Shown here: piece after piece, positions 46,977 through 55,149 of the stretch | How positions within the stretch are numbered: the first letter of the stretch is position 1 | How the letters are laid out: each line of letters opens with the position of its first letter | Virus record (IMG/VR): IMGVR_UViG_3300025687_005582 | Coordinates: 24,267-88,266 of that record | Reading direction: 5' to 3' (one strand) | Length of the DNA stretch: 64,000 nucleotides | Origin: a virus | The notes under the pieces: generated by a model | Told to the model about the DNA's origin: nothing | The model's input: the letters and a program-made list of their open reading frames with translations, nothing else | Database searches by the model: none | Made by a program: the position numbers and the translations under genes

Positions 46977-48944
46977 ATGGCTAAGAACAAGAACAACCCA
47001 AGAAATCCGGCATCGCCGTTATTCAAAAGACTAACCAGACTTCTATCTGGCCCAGTTGTAAACTATCGTACACAAGTTGCGAGACAAGAAAGAAGAGCAG
47101 ATCTAGATAAGTATCGTTATCGTTTCCGTTCTATGTCTGGTCAGGAGTTCAAGAGACACGATTCTAACATGTCTCAGAACTACAACCTTTACACATCAGC
47201 CGCATTCCGTAACCAAAACAGAGCAGAGCGTTACATTGACTTTGAGCAAATGGAATACATGCCCGAGATTGCTACAGCGTTAGACATCTATGCCGATGAG
47301 ATGACGACATCAAACGAGTATGATCGTCTTCTAAACATTGATTGTCTTAACCACGAAATCAAGACTATCCTTGAGTCTTTATTCTACGACGTTCTAAACA
47401 TTGAGTTTAACTGCTTTGGTTGGGCGCGTTCAATGTGTAAGTATGGCGACTTCTTCCTTTATATGGACATCGATGAGAAGCTAGGTATTACATCTCTTAT
47501 TGGTATGCCTAACAACGAAGTAGAGCGCCTTGAAGGTCAGGACCAAACAAACCCTAACTATGTTCAGTATCAGTGGAACGGTGCTGGTATGACCTTTGAG
47601 AACTGGCAGGTTGCGCACTTTCGCATTTTAGGCAACGATCGTTATTCACCATACGGTACATCCGTTCTAGACCCAGCCCGCCGCATTTGGCGACAGCTAA
47701 CACTTCTAGAAGATGCGATGATTGCTTATCGCGTTGTTCGTGCGCCAGAGCGCCGAGTATTCAAGATTGACGTAGGCAACATTCCGCCACAAGACATTCC
47801 ACAATATATGGAAAAAGTCAAGTCAGAAATGAAGCGCAACTCTCTTGTAAATTCTACAACTGGTCGTGTGGATCTTCGCTACAATCCGCTATCACTTGAA
47901 GAAGATTACTTTATTCCGATGCGTGGTGGCGTTGGATCGGAGATTACATCGCTCCCTGGCGCCAAGTCTTTGGACGACATTGAGGATGTTAAGTATCTTC
48001 GTGATAAGTTGTTCGCAGCAATCAAGATCCCACAGTCTTATCTAACCAACCTTGAAGGCGGGACAGAAGATAAGACTACTCTAGCACAGAAGGATATTCG
48101 TTTCGCAAGAACTATTCACAGACTTCAAAGATCGTTGGTTTCCGAATTGGAGAAGATGGCGATAGTTCATCTTTACACATTAGGTTTCAGAGGTCAAGAT
48201 CTTTTGGGCTTCAAGATTACACTAAATAACCCTTCGCGTCTTGCGGAGCTACAGCAGCTTGAATACATGAAGACAAAGTTCGAGACTGCTACATCAGTTC
48301 CAGAAGGCACGTTTTCAAAGCGTTGGGTTGCTTCCAACATTCTTGGAATGTCTGATTCCGAGTTCCTTCGTAATCAGCGCGAAACTTTCTATGATCGCAA
48401 ATACCAGCAGTCTCTTGAGTCAGTTGTTGACGAAGGCGCTGAGCTTGGTGGCGAAGAAGGCGGGGGCCTCGGAGGAGATCTCGGCGGTGATTTGGGCGGC
48501 GATCTTGGTGGAGACCTTGAAGGCGATCTTGGCGGTGACATCGATCTCGGTGGTGACGAAGGTGGCGCAGAGGCAGGAGGCGGCGAAGAAGACGTTTTAT
48601 TAGCAACCCCGGGTCGTAGGGAAGATAATCCTACAAGACACGAGGGAGCGGCTTACAAGCCTGTTGATGTCGATAAAAGAAAAGGCTCTTCAACAAGACA
48701 CTCACAGGGTCCGATGAGACGCGAAATCAAGCGAATGGTTCGCGGACCAGAGATGGGAACAACCTCCAGAACTGTCCATCCAGGCAAGCTTGGTATGCCT
48801 GATTTCAGATCGCTTGTTGGTCTGGAAGAGAAAGTTCAGCCTACTTATAATAGAGACGAAAGAACTCTTTTCGAGAACACCAATAAAGTTCGTATGTTAG
48901 TAGAACAAATGGAGAGCAAAGAGGAAGAGAAAAATGAAGCATAA
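46977..48944 (+). CDS. gp20: Portal protein (T4 gp20-like)
   Basis: 'LLEDAMIAYRVVRAPERRVFKIDVGN', 'EEDYFIP.RGG', 'LPG', 'DVKYLRDKL', 'DIRFAR'. Confidence 0.95.
   Translation: MAKNKNNPRNPASPLFKRLTRLLSGPVVNYRTQVARQERRADLDKYRYRFRSMSGQEFKRHDSNMSQNYNLYTSAAFRNQNRAERYIDFEQMEYMPEIATALDIYADEMTTSNEYDRLLNIDCLNHEIKTILESLFYDVLNIEFNCFGWARSMCKYGDFFLYMDIDEKLGITSLIGMPNNEVERLEGQDQTNPNYVQYQWNGAGMTFENWQVAHFRILGNDRYSPYGTSVLDPARRIWRQLTLLEDAMIAYRVVRAPERRVFKIDVGNIPPQDIPQYMEKVKSEMKRNSLVNSTTGRVDLRYNPLSLEEDYFIPMRGGVGSEITSLPGAKSLDDIEDVKYLRDKLFAAIKIPQSYLTNLEGGTEDKTTLAQKDIRFARTIHRLQRSLVSELEKMAIVHLYTLGFRGQDLLGFKITLNNPSRLAELQQLEYMKTKFETATSVPEGTFSKRWVASNILGMSDSEFLRNQRETFYDRKYQQSLESVVDEGAELGGEEGGGLGGDLGGDLGGDLGGDLEGDLGGDIDLGGDEGGAEAGGGEEDVLLATPGRREDNPTRHEGAAYKPVDVDKRKGSSTRHSQGPMRREIKRMVRGPEMGTTSRTVHPGKLGMPDFRSLVGLEEKVQPTYNRDERTLFENTNKVRMLVEQMESKEEEKNEA
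48441..48570 (+). repeat. Degenerate 12-nt coding repeat (GGDL)n in the portal C-terminal tail
   Basis: Protein reads LGGDLGGDLGGDLGGDLEGDLGGDIDLGGD, with synonymous codon variation between units. Confidence 0.85.
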
Positions 48945-49746
48945 TAAAAAAAGAAACACAGCCTTTATTTATGAAACGCTAACAAGAGAACTAACAAAGG
49001 CTATCGTTGATAAGGACAACAACAGAAAAGCAACTGTTCTTGCAATTATCAAAGAAGGATTTGGTGGCGACTCAACATTAGCAAAAGAACTCTCTCTTTA
49101 CAAGACTTTGCTTGAGACAAAAAACATCCAACCTAAACTTGCTGAGAGAATGCTTCAAGAAACAAAGTTTGCTTACTCAAAGTTGGATTCCTCCGAAGTT
49201 TTTGATGCACAGTCTCGAATGATTGCTGCGATCAATAAACAGCTAGGTCAGGACGTTTGGTCTAACTTTGTTCCAAACTTTAAGTCTCTTGCTTCCGTAA
49301 ATGCTATTTTTAGTACAAAGACGCCAGTAAAAAGCAAGGTGCTTTTTGAGCAGGCAATCGTAGATTCAATGAGTGCCGAACAGCCTCTTACCGAGTCTAA
49401 CAAAATGGAGTCTTTGGACAACCTAACTTACAACTCTTTTATCAAGAAGTTTAACGACAAATACACTAACCTTCTAAAAGAGCAAAAAGATCTTCTCAAC
49501 CAATACATCACAAGCTTTGCAGATGACGGGTTCGAACTTCGTATTTACTTGAACGAAGAATTGGAAAGGCTTAAAAGCTTAATTAGTGACGCGAGTCAAA
49601 ATACAGTTGAGCCTCTCATTTCGCAAAAGCTAGATGAAGTATCCGAGTATCTTGAAGGATTCCGCAAGCGTGAGTTTGGGGACAACGATCTAAACAAGAT
49701 TCTTAAGACACAAGAGCTTGTTCAGGAACTAACACAAAATGATTAA
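48934..49746 (+). CDS. Hypothetical head-module protein
   Basis: Helical 270-aa ORF between portal and protease, containing LxE sites. Confidence 0.6.
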   Translation: MKHNKKRNTAFIYETLTRELTKAIVDKDNNRKATVLAIIKEGFGGDSTLAKELSLYKTLLETKNIQPKLAERMLQETKFAYSKLDSSEVFDAQSRMIAAINKQLGQDVWSNFVPNFKSLASVNAIFSTKTPVKSKVLFEQAIVDSMSAEQPLTESNKMESLDNLTYNSFIKKFNDKYTNLLKEQKDLLNQYITSFADDGFELRIYLNEELERLKSLISDASQNTVEPLISQKLDEVSEYLEGFRKREFGDNDLNKILKTQELVQELTQND

Positions 49747-50245
49747 AATCAAAGTCGGTGGTCCGCAAGCTACAGTAGAACTCAAAGCCCGCAAGGCTTT
49801 GGATGGTTCGCTTCTTATTATGGATCACAACAAGATTGATATTGCTGTTATGCCTAAGCAAATGAAAGTTACAACTGTTCCAAAGTCAACTATATCAGAC
49901 GATGTATACGATTATCAAGATCGTCTTTTAGAGTTGCTTGCGGACAAAGGCATTGTTGATCGTTCTTCAATCCAAGGCGGAAACGTATTCCGTTCCTTGG
50001 AGGGAAAGATCTATGCCAATGATGAGATCAATCCTCTACAAGCAGCTACATTTGTGATCGCAGAGTTTATTCATTACGAAGCAGAGCACGAGCAGATTGC
50101 TGATCAGTATGAAAAAGAGTTGGAGGATATGTACACACATCCATCCGACCGCGACTCCACCGAATACGGCGAGGTCCCACAGTATGCCGAGAAGGGCTCT
50201 ATGCGTCCTGGCTACTACTATTACCCACTAAGAAACAGGTATTAG
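49739..50245 (+). CDS. Hypothetical protein
   Basis: Coupled ORF in the head module. Confidence 0.6.
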   Translation: MIKIKVGGPQATVELKARKALDGSLLIMDHNKIDIAVMPKQMKVTTVPKSTISDDVYDYQDRLLELLADKGIVDRSSIQGGNVFRSLEGKIYANDEINPLQAATFVIAEFIHYEAEHEQIADQYEKELEDMYTHPSDRDSTEYGEVPQYAEKGSMRPGYYYYPLRNRY

Positions 50246-50246
50246 A

Positions 50247-50564
50247 TTGCAACTGCTACATTTTGTCCTTGCCGCTTACGGCATGACATTCATTATTGTT
50301 CACGGACATATCTTCAATAAAATACGACCAGCCTGCTCTGCTTGGGGCGGCTTTGGTCGTTTATTTCACTGTTGTCTATGTATGGGATTTTGGGTTGGAG
50401 TTTTTCTCTGGGGCGTAAGTCCATATACAGAACTATTTAATTTTGATCGTACACTTGCAGATGCTTTTATTTGTGGGTGTATTAGCGCTGGAACATCATA
50501 CATTTTAAGTATGGTAGTAAATGATTACGGGATCAACTTGATCCACAAAGGAGGTGAATCATGA
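50247..50564 (+). CDS. Small membrane protein with CxxCxxFW motif (DUF1360-like)
   Basis: Three hydrophobic segments and 'LFHCCLCMGFWVG'; TTG start. Confidence 0.55.
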   Translation: MQLLHFVLAAYGMTFIIVHGHIFNKIRPACSAWGGFGRLFHCCLCMGFWVGVFLWGVSPYTELFNFDRTLADAFICGCISAGTSYILSMVVNDYGINLIHKGGES

Positions 50565-50611
50565 AAAAGTGGCAAATCCAGCCTGTACGCCGCTGCTGCT
50601 CCGGTAGCTGA
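50561..50611 (+). CDS. 16-aa leader/micropeptide MKKWQIQPVRRCCSGS
   Basis: AAGGAGGTGA SD immediately upstream; ATGA overlap with the upstream stop. Confidence 0.6.
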   Translation: MKKWQIQPVRRCCSGS

Positions 50612-50652
50612 ATTTATGTGGGGGTGAAAGCCCCCACGTTAAATCTTTTTTT
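50612..50652 (+). terminator. GC-rich hairpin (GTGGGGG-TGAAAG-CCCCCAC) with downstream T7 tract; terminator- or attenuator-like
   Basis: 7-bp perfect stem, extendable by ATTTA/TAAAT; GAAA tetraloop closed by U-G; T-run at 50646-50652. Confidence 0.6.
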
Positions 50653-50664
50653 GAGAGAACAACA

Positions 50665-51264
50665 ATGGCTAAACTACTACGAGAATTTTATGAACTATGT
50701 GAAGGTGGCGTCTGCCAAGACCTTCTAACCGAATCTGAAAAGCAGTTTGTTCGCGACGGCGGAATGATGCTAACAGGCAAGCTACAAGAAGCAGAGGTTC
50801 AGAACGGAAACGGACGTGTATATCCTCGCTCTGTATTAGAAAGAGAAGTTAAGCGATACGCAAAGGTCGTTGAGGACCGCCGTGCTCTTGGCGAGTTAGA
50901 TCACCCAGATTCTTCTATTATTAATTTAGCCAACGTGTCCCATATGATTACAGAGGTTTGGATGGACGGGCCAGCCGTAATGGGCAAATGTAAAGTTCTC
51001 GACACTCCATCCGGCCAGATTCTACGTGCCCTTGTAGATTCGGGTGTTAAGATTGGCATTTCTTCCCGTGGTATGGGATCTGTAAGCGAGAGAATGGGTA
51101 AGACCATCGTGGAAGATGATTTTCAGTTGATTTGTTTTGACATTGTTTCAGAGCCATCAACACCAAATGCTTTTATGGCTCTGTCCGAGGGGAAACTCGT
51201 AAATGAGCAAATTGAAAAAAATAATAAGATTATTACTCTTATGAATGAAATTATTGGAGATTAA
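50665..51264 (+). CDS. gp21: Prohead protease (T4 gp21-like)
   Basis: 'NGNGRVYP', 'ALGELDHP', 'VSH', 'TPSG', 'GISSRGMGS', 'FDIVSEPSTPNA'. Confidence 0.95.
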   Translation: MAKLLREFYELCEGGVCQDLLTESEKQFVRDGGMMLTGKLQEAEVQNGNGRVYPRSVLEREVKRYAKVVEDRRALGELDHPDSSIINLANVSHMITEVWMDGPAVMGKCKVLDTPSGQILRALVDSGVKIGISSRGMGSVSERMGKTIVEDDFQLICFDIVSEPSTPNAFMALSEGKLVNEQIEKNNKIITLMNEIIGD

Positions 51265-51267
51265 AAA

Positions 51268-51702
51268 ATGAAAATTTCAGAAGTAAGATTAAAAGAAATC
51301 ATTAAAGAAGAAATTGATGCCGCCGTAGAGGAAGGCTTGCTAGATAGACTTAAAGCTCGTGCTGCTAGCGCCAAAGGGAAAGCAGCCAGCGCTGCATCCA
51401 AATTGGGCGCTAAAGCTGCCGGCGCACTTGGAGCCTCCAGCGCCGCCGCTGAACTTGAGCGTGCAGCTGCAGCGAGAAAAGGTGCCGCTCAAGACAGAGA
51501 AGTGGAGGTGTTGAGAAACTCACTAGGCAAAAGAATAAAAAGGGTTCAAGCTCGATTTCAAAAAGAATTAGAAGCTGCTCTTGTTGACGCCACGAAGCTA
51601 GGATTGGATGATAGTAGGGCTGAACAAATAGTTTATGGTGATCTCAACAAAGTAAATCAGGCTCTTAAGCAGGCTGCTGAAACATTGGCTGCAGAGGAAT
51701 AA
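51268..51702 (+). CDS. Putative internal head protein (Ala/Lys-rich)
   Basis: N-terminal 'MKISEVRLKEIIKEE' leader, then amphipathic 'GLLDRLKARAASAKGK'. Confidence 0.55.
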   Translation: MKISEVRLKEIIKEEIDAAVEEGLLDRLKARAASAKGKAASAASKLGAKAAGALGASSAAAELERAAAARKGAAQDREVEVLRNSLGKRIKRVQARFQKELEAALVDATKLGLDDSRAEQIVYGDLNKVNQALKQAAETLAAEE

Positions 51703-52152
51703 ATGAAAAAGTCGGAGTTCAAAAAACTAATCAAGCCTATTGTTCAAGAGTGTATTAAAGAGTCGCTTCTTGAAGACGGTTTGATTTCCGGCATTATTGC
51801 CGAGGTTGTCAAGGGGATGTCTTCACAAACTATTGTTGAGACAAAAACACCACAACCAAAAGTAGATCCTGTTATGGAAAGAATGAAAGCAAATGCTTTC
51901 AACAAAGAACAGTCCGGCAAACTTCAAGAGCATAAGAAAAAGCTTATGGCTGCTATTGGCGGTTCAGCTTACAACGGTGTTGATTTGTTTGAAGGAACAA
52001 CTCCAGCACCAGCACAAGCGTCCCCAACTGCACAGGCTTCTCCAATGTCCGGACAAAGCCCAAGTGATCCAGGCGTAGATATCTCTAGTCTCTTCGGAGC
52101 AGTAGGCAGAAACTGGAACGCTCATATGAACGAAATGAAAGAAAGAGAGTAA
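51703..52152 (+). CDS. Putative prohead core/internal protein
   Basis: 'MKKSEFKKLIKPIVQECIKESLLE' with several (I/L)xE sites. Confidence 0.55.
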   Translation: MKKSEFKKLIKPIVQECIKESLLEDGLISGIIAEVVKGMSSQTIVETKTPQPKVDPVMERMKANAFNKEQSGKLQEHKKKLMAAIGGSAYNGVDLFEGTTPAPAQASPTAQASPMSGQSPSDPGVDISSLFGAVGRNWNAHMNEMKERE

Positions 52153-52156
52153 TAAA

Positions 52157-52378
52157 ATGGCTGTTAACCTTGAGGTAGTCAAAAGACGCGGCGAGTCAGA
52201 TGAGAAACTAATTCGTCGTTTTAATCGTAAATGCAAAAAACAAAAGATTGTTGAAGAGTACAGAGAAAAAACTGATTACTATGTTAAGCCTTCTATCACA
52301 AAGCGCCTGAAAAGACAGCAGGCTATTCGCGAGCAACAGAAGCGCGTGAGAAAAGAACAAGATAATTTGTTTAGGTAA
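52157..52378 (+). CDS. rpsU: Phage-encoded 30S ribosomal protein bS21
   Basis: 'V..R.GES.EKLIRRF.RKC.K..I..E.R..YY.KPS..KR.KR..A.R' aligns by eye with the bS21 consensus (E. coli ..[27 protein letters not shown]..). Confidence 0.88.
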   Translation: MAVNLEVVKRRGESDEKLIRRFNRKCKKQKIVEEYREKTDYYVKPSITKRLKRQQAIREQQKRVRKEQDNLFR

Positions 52379-52393
52379 TCTTGTTTTACTTTA

Positions 52394-52400
52394 CTATTTA
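52394..52400 (+). promoter_or_regulatory. CTATTTA putative late promoter
   Basis: Intergenic, 17 nt before ATG 52418. Confidence 0.6.
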
Positions 52401-52417
52401 ATAACGGAGAAATATAA

Positions 52418-52822
52418 ATGTCAACTTACAACTACAAACCCGGACTAGGCAATGCCGCTTCTTATCAGGTATCTGGTATACCTTACGTAACAGGTGGAAT
52501 TGATCTATCTGCTGGGGGCGTAACGTCTATAGACTTTCCATCCGTAACAAGTTGGATTGTTGTTAGCGTGGGTGATAACAACACCTGTAATGTTGGCTTT
52601 TCCTCATTGGGTGCTCAAAACGAGAACTACTTAAAGATTACCGGCAATACTGTAAGCCCAAGGTTTGAAATTAAAGCAACTCAGTTACATCTGTCGGGAA
52701 CCTCAGCCGATGTTTCAGTAATGGCTGGCTTGACGTATATTTCTAAAGCAGATATTAACAACGCTGCGGTTTCACCTTCTGGCTCTAACTGGTCTGGCTC
52801 TCTAGCAGCTCTTGTGGGGTAA
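52418..52822 (+). CDS. Hypothetical virion protein (small beta protein, possible decoration)
   Basis: Preceded by CTATTTA and a GGAG SD; S/G-rich beta pattern. Confidence 0.55.
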   Translation: MSTYNYKPGLGNAASYQVSGIPYVTGGIDLSAGGVTSIDFPSVTSWIVVSVGDNNTCNVGFSSLGAQNENYLKITGNTVSPRFEIKATQLHLSGTSADVSVMAGLTYISKADINNAAVSPSGSNWSGSLAALVG

Positions 52823-52828
52823 TAACCC

Positions 52829-53338
52829 ATGTCTGATCCAAAGAACAAATGGACGCAACCTGATGCGCCACCCCCGCCAATGTTCTTTGGCCAAAAAGAG
52901 CGTGACCTTGTAAAACAAGTTAATGATGAGTTAGCTGAAAGAGTTGTTGGACAAACAGTTGCTTACTATCCTATAAGCGTTGAGCACTCTAATTTTAATG
53001 AAACATATGGAGAAGCAATAGACAAAGTTACGCTTCCGCCTGTTCGTGTGTTTGCTTACGTTGTTGTAGAGAATGAGCAAACAAACCAAAAGTATGGATA
53101 CGAATACCAATCTAAACTAACAGTTAATTTTCATCGCCGCCGCCTAACAGAAGATCAAGATCTTTTTGTTCGTGCTGGTGATTTTATTCAGTATGGTGAT
53201 TTGTTTTACGAGATTGTAAAAACGTATAACGACACAAGATATTACTTTGGTCAAGTAGATCACAAGTTTCAGATAAGCGCCGAATGTGTAAGAGCGCGAG
53301 AAGGAACTTTTAGAGTTATTGATAGTGTTGATAGATAA
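52829..53338 (+). CDS. Neck/head-closure protein (T4 gp14-like)
   Basis: 'VAYYPI..ETYGEA..K', 'GDFIQYGD..YEI', 'FGQ' pattern; head-module context. Confidence 0.6.
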   Translation: MSDPKNKWTQPDAPPPPMFFGQKERDLVKQVNDELAERVVGQTVAYYPISVEHSNFNETYGEAIDKVTLPPVRVFAYVVVENEQTNQKYGYEYQSKLTVNFHRRRLTEDQDLFVRAGDFIQYGDLFYEIVKTYNDTRYYFGQVDHKFQISAECVRAREGTFRVIDSVDR

Positions 53339-53386
53339 ATCATCTAAGCCCAGACAGACTTGCTTTGAGTTTTTGACTTTGACCAA

Positions 53387-53393
53387 CTATTTA
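53387..53393 (+). promoter_or_regulatory. CTATTTA putative late promoter
   Basis: Intergenic, 22 nt before ATG 53416. Confidence 0.6.
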
Positions 53394-53415
53394 TGAAAGC
53401 AGGAGAGATTTAAAT

Positions 53416-55137
53416 ATGTCATGGGTATTTGGACCGGGAGGCGGTGGCACCCCCGGAGGCGCAAATGGAGATATACAGTTCAATAACAATGGGTCGTTTA
53501 GTGGCTCAAACTTATTAACCACAGATGGTTCGGGATCCTTATCGGCATCTACCCACGTTTCAGCCTCAACCTTTTACGGCGATGGCTCTAACCTAACTGG
53601 CGTTACAGCATCAGCAGTTCAGGTTGCTAATGGTCCTCAGTATTCTTTACAGTTTAGATATGACTCTCCTGTATCTGGTGATTTAAGTGGGTCTAGTGAT
53701 TTACTTTGGGATCCAGCAACAAGTGATGTTCTTATATCAGGCAACGTTCGTCTTGAGAACGGTAAAGAATTCTACGGCGACTTGGAAGGTGCTATCTTAT
53801 TTCCTGCCAAAGTTGATGAAGTTGGCGGTATTGGAAAAGGCAAAGTCGTATACATCAAAGGAATATCGGGAACAACGCCAACCATTGGTCTTGCTGCTTG
53901 CGATAACCCTGCTACGATGCCTGCTTTTGGGTTGTGCGTAGCTTCGGCCAGCAATAATGCCAACACTCAAGTTGCAACCTTTGGTTCTCTTGATGGCTTG
54001 AATCTAAACAACATATCCCCCGGACATTCATTCTCGGCAGGTGATATTCTTTATGTGAACACAGGCTCTGGTGGAACAGCAGGAACATTCACCAACATTA
54101 AGCCAACAGGCTCTAACAACCTACTACAAAACATTGGCAAGGTTGTTCGCAATGGTGTTAGCTCTAATGGGCAAATCAAAGTTGGTGGTGCAGGTAGAAC
54201 AAATGATACTCCCAACTTGGATAAAGGATATATATTTGTCGGCAACGAAACAGACCAAGCAATCCAAGATAACACAATCTTTGTTTCAGCCTCGGCTAAT
54301 AGAGTTGGCATTAACGTATCAACAAATCTTTCAGCAGCCCTTCACGTTTCTGCTTCTTCTGTTCACGGCGGTGAGTCCGCACGCTTTGAAGGCGAAGTTG
54401 TTATTACAAGCCCAGAAGGCAAATTACAAGTTCGAGATACAACAAACAATTATCAGGTATCTTTGGCGCCAGCATTTATTCCTAGAGTTGCCTTCGGAAC
54501 TACCTCAAATGAATTGCAATATATGTATATTGATGGCGGTAACACAAATAGAATTGCTTCACTTAATGATTTTTATATTGCAACTGCATCAGTCAACGGC
54601 GTGAACTTTGGTAAAGGTTTTTATTATGATATTTCAGAAGAAAGATTTGGTATTCATACCAAGACTCCTACGCACGACTTTACAGTTAATGGCGATCTTT
54701 CTGTATCATCCTCAGCCAGTGGGTCTATCAATATTGGCGAAGGAATAAGCTATGTATTTGATGGAGTTAATCGTTTTGATGTATTTGAAAATGAATTTAG
54801 GATAAACAAGACCAATTTCTATCAAGGTGTCTCTGGAGAACAGACAAGCAACTTTAATATTCGCGATGCACAAGTGTTTCTTGTTGACACCAACAGTTCG
54901 GTTGTCACCGGTACACTTCCTGGCGTGAACTCTTCAGATGATTATGGTGTTACATTTATTATTAAGGACTCTGGCGGAAACGCTGGTACAAACGATATTG
55001 TCATTGAGCCATCTGGCTCACAAAATATTGATGGCGGTACCGCTGCTAAGATAACGACAAACTATGGAGCTATGACTGTGGTTGCTATTTCGTCTTCAAC
55101 AAACGGTCTCGGCTGGGCAATTGTTTCGGCAACATAA
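53416..55137 (+). CDS. Fibre-like virion protein
   Basis: Two 'G..(I/L)QF..SGS..L..D' repeats, 'NRVGIN'/'RFGIHTKTP' fibre repeats, C-terminal 'VDT..TLP..IIKDSGGNAGTN..IDG..TNYGA' domain. Confidence 0.65.
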   Translation: MSWVFGPGGGGTPGGANGDIQFNNNGSFSGSNLLTTDGSGSLSASTHVSASTFYGDGSNLTGVTASAVQVANGPQYSLQFRYDSPVSGDLSGSSDLLWDPATSDVLISGNVRLENGKEFYGDLEGAILFPAKVDEVGGIGKGKVVYIKGISGTTPTIGLAACDNPATMPAFGLCVASASNNANTQVATFGSLDGLNLNNISPGHSFSAGDILYVNTGSGGTAGTFTNIKPTGSNNLLQNIGKVVRNGVSSNGQIKVGGAGRTNDTPNLDKGYIFVGNETDQAIQDNTIFVSASANRVGINVSTNLSAALHVSASSVHGGESARFEGEVVITSPEGKLQVRDTTNNYQVSLAPAFIPRVAFGTTSNELQYMYIDGGNTNRIASLNDFYIATASVNGVNFGKGFYYDISEERFGIHTKTPTHDFTVNGDLSVSSSASGSINIGEGISYVFDGVNRFDVFENEFRINKTNFYQGVSGEQTSNFNIRDAQVFLVDTNSSVVTGTLPGVNSSDDYGVTFIIKDSGGNAGTNDIVIEPSGSQNIDGGTAAKITTNYGAMTVVAISSSTNGLGWAIVSAT

Positions 55138-55149
55138 AAGGATTGTAAA

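Noticed and set aside
48441-48570. Portal repeat as a CRISPR array or DNA-level VNTR
   Set aside because: Units are 12 nt, lack spacers and differ at synonymous positions, so it is a protein-level repeat.
50609-50645. UGA followed directly by a hairpin, read as a selenocysteine codon with a SECIS element
   Set aside because: Read-through would run out of frame into the protease gene and give no recognisable redox motif; the stem plus T-run fits a terminator better. Not excluded without homolog alignment.
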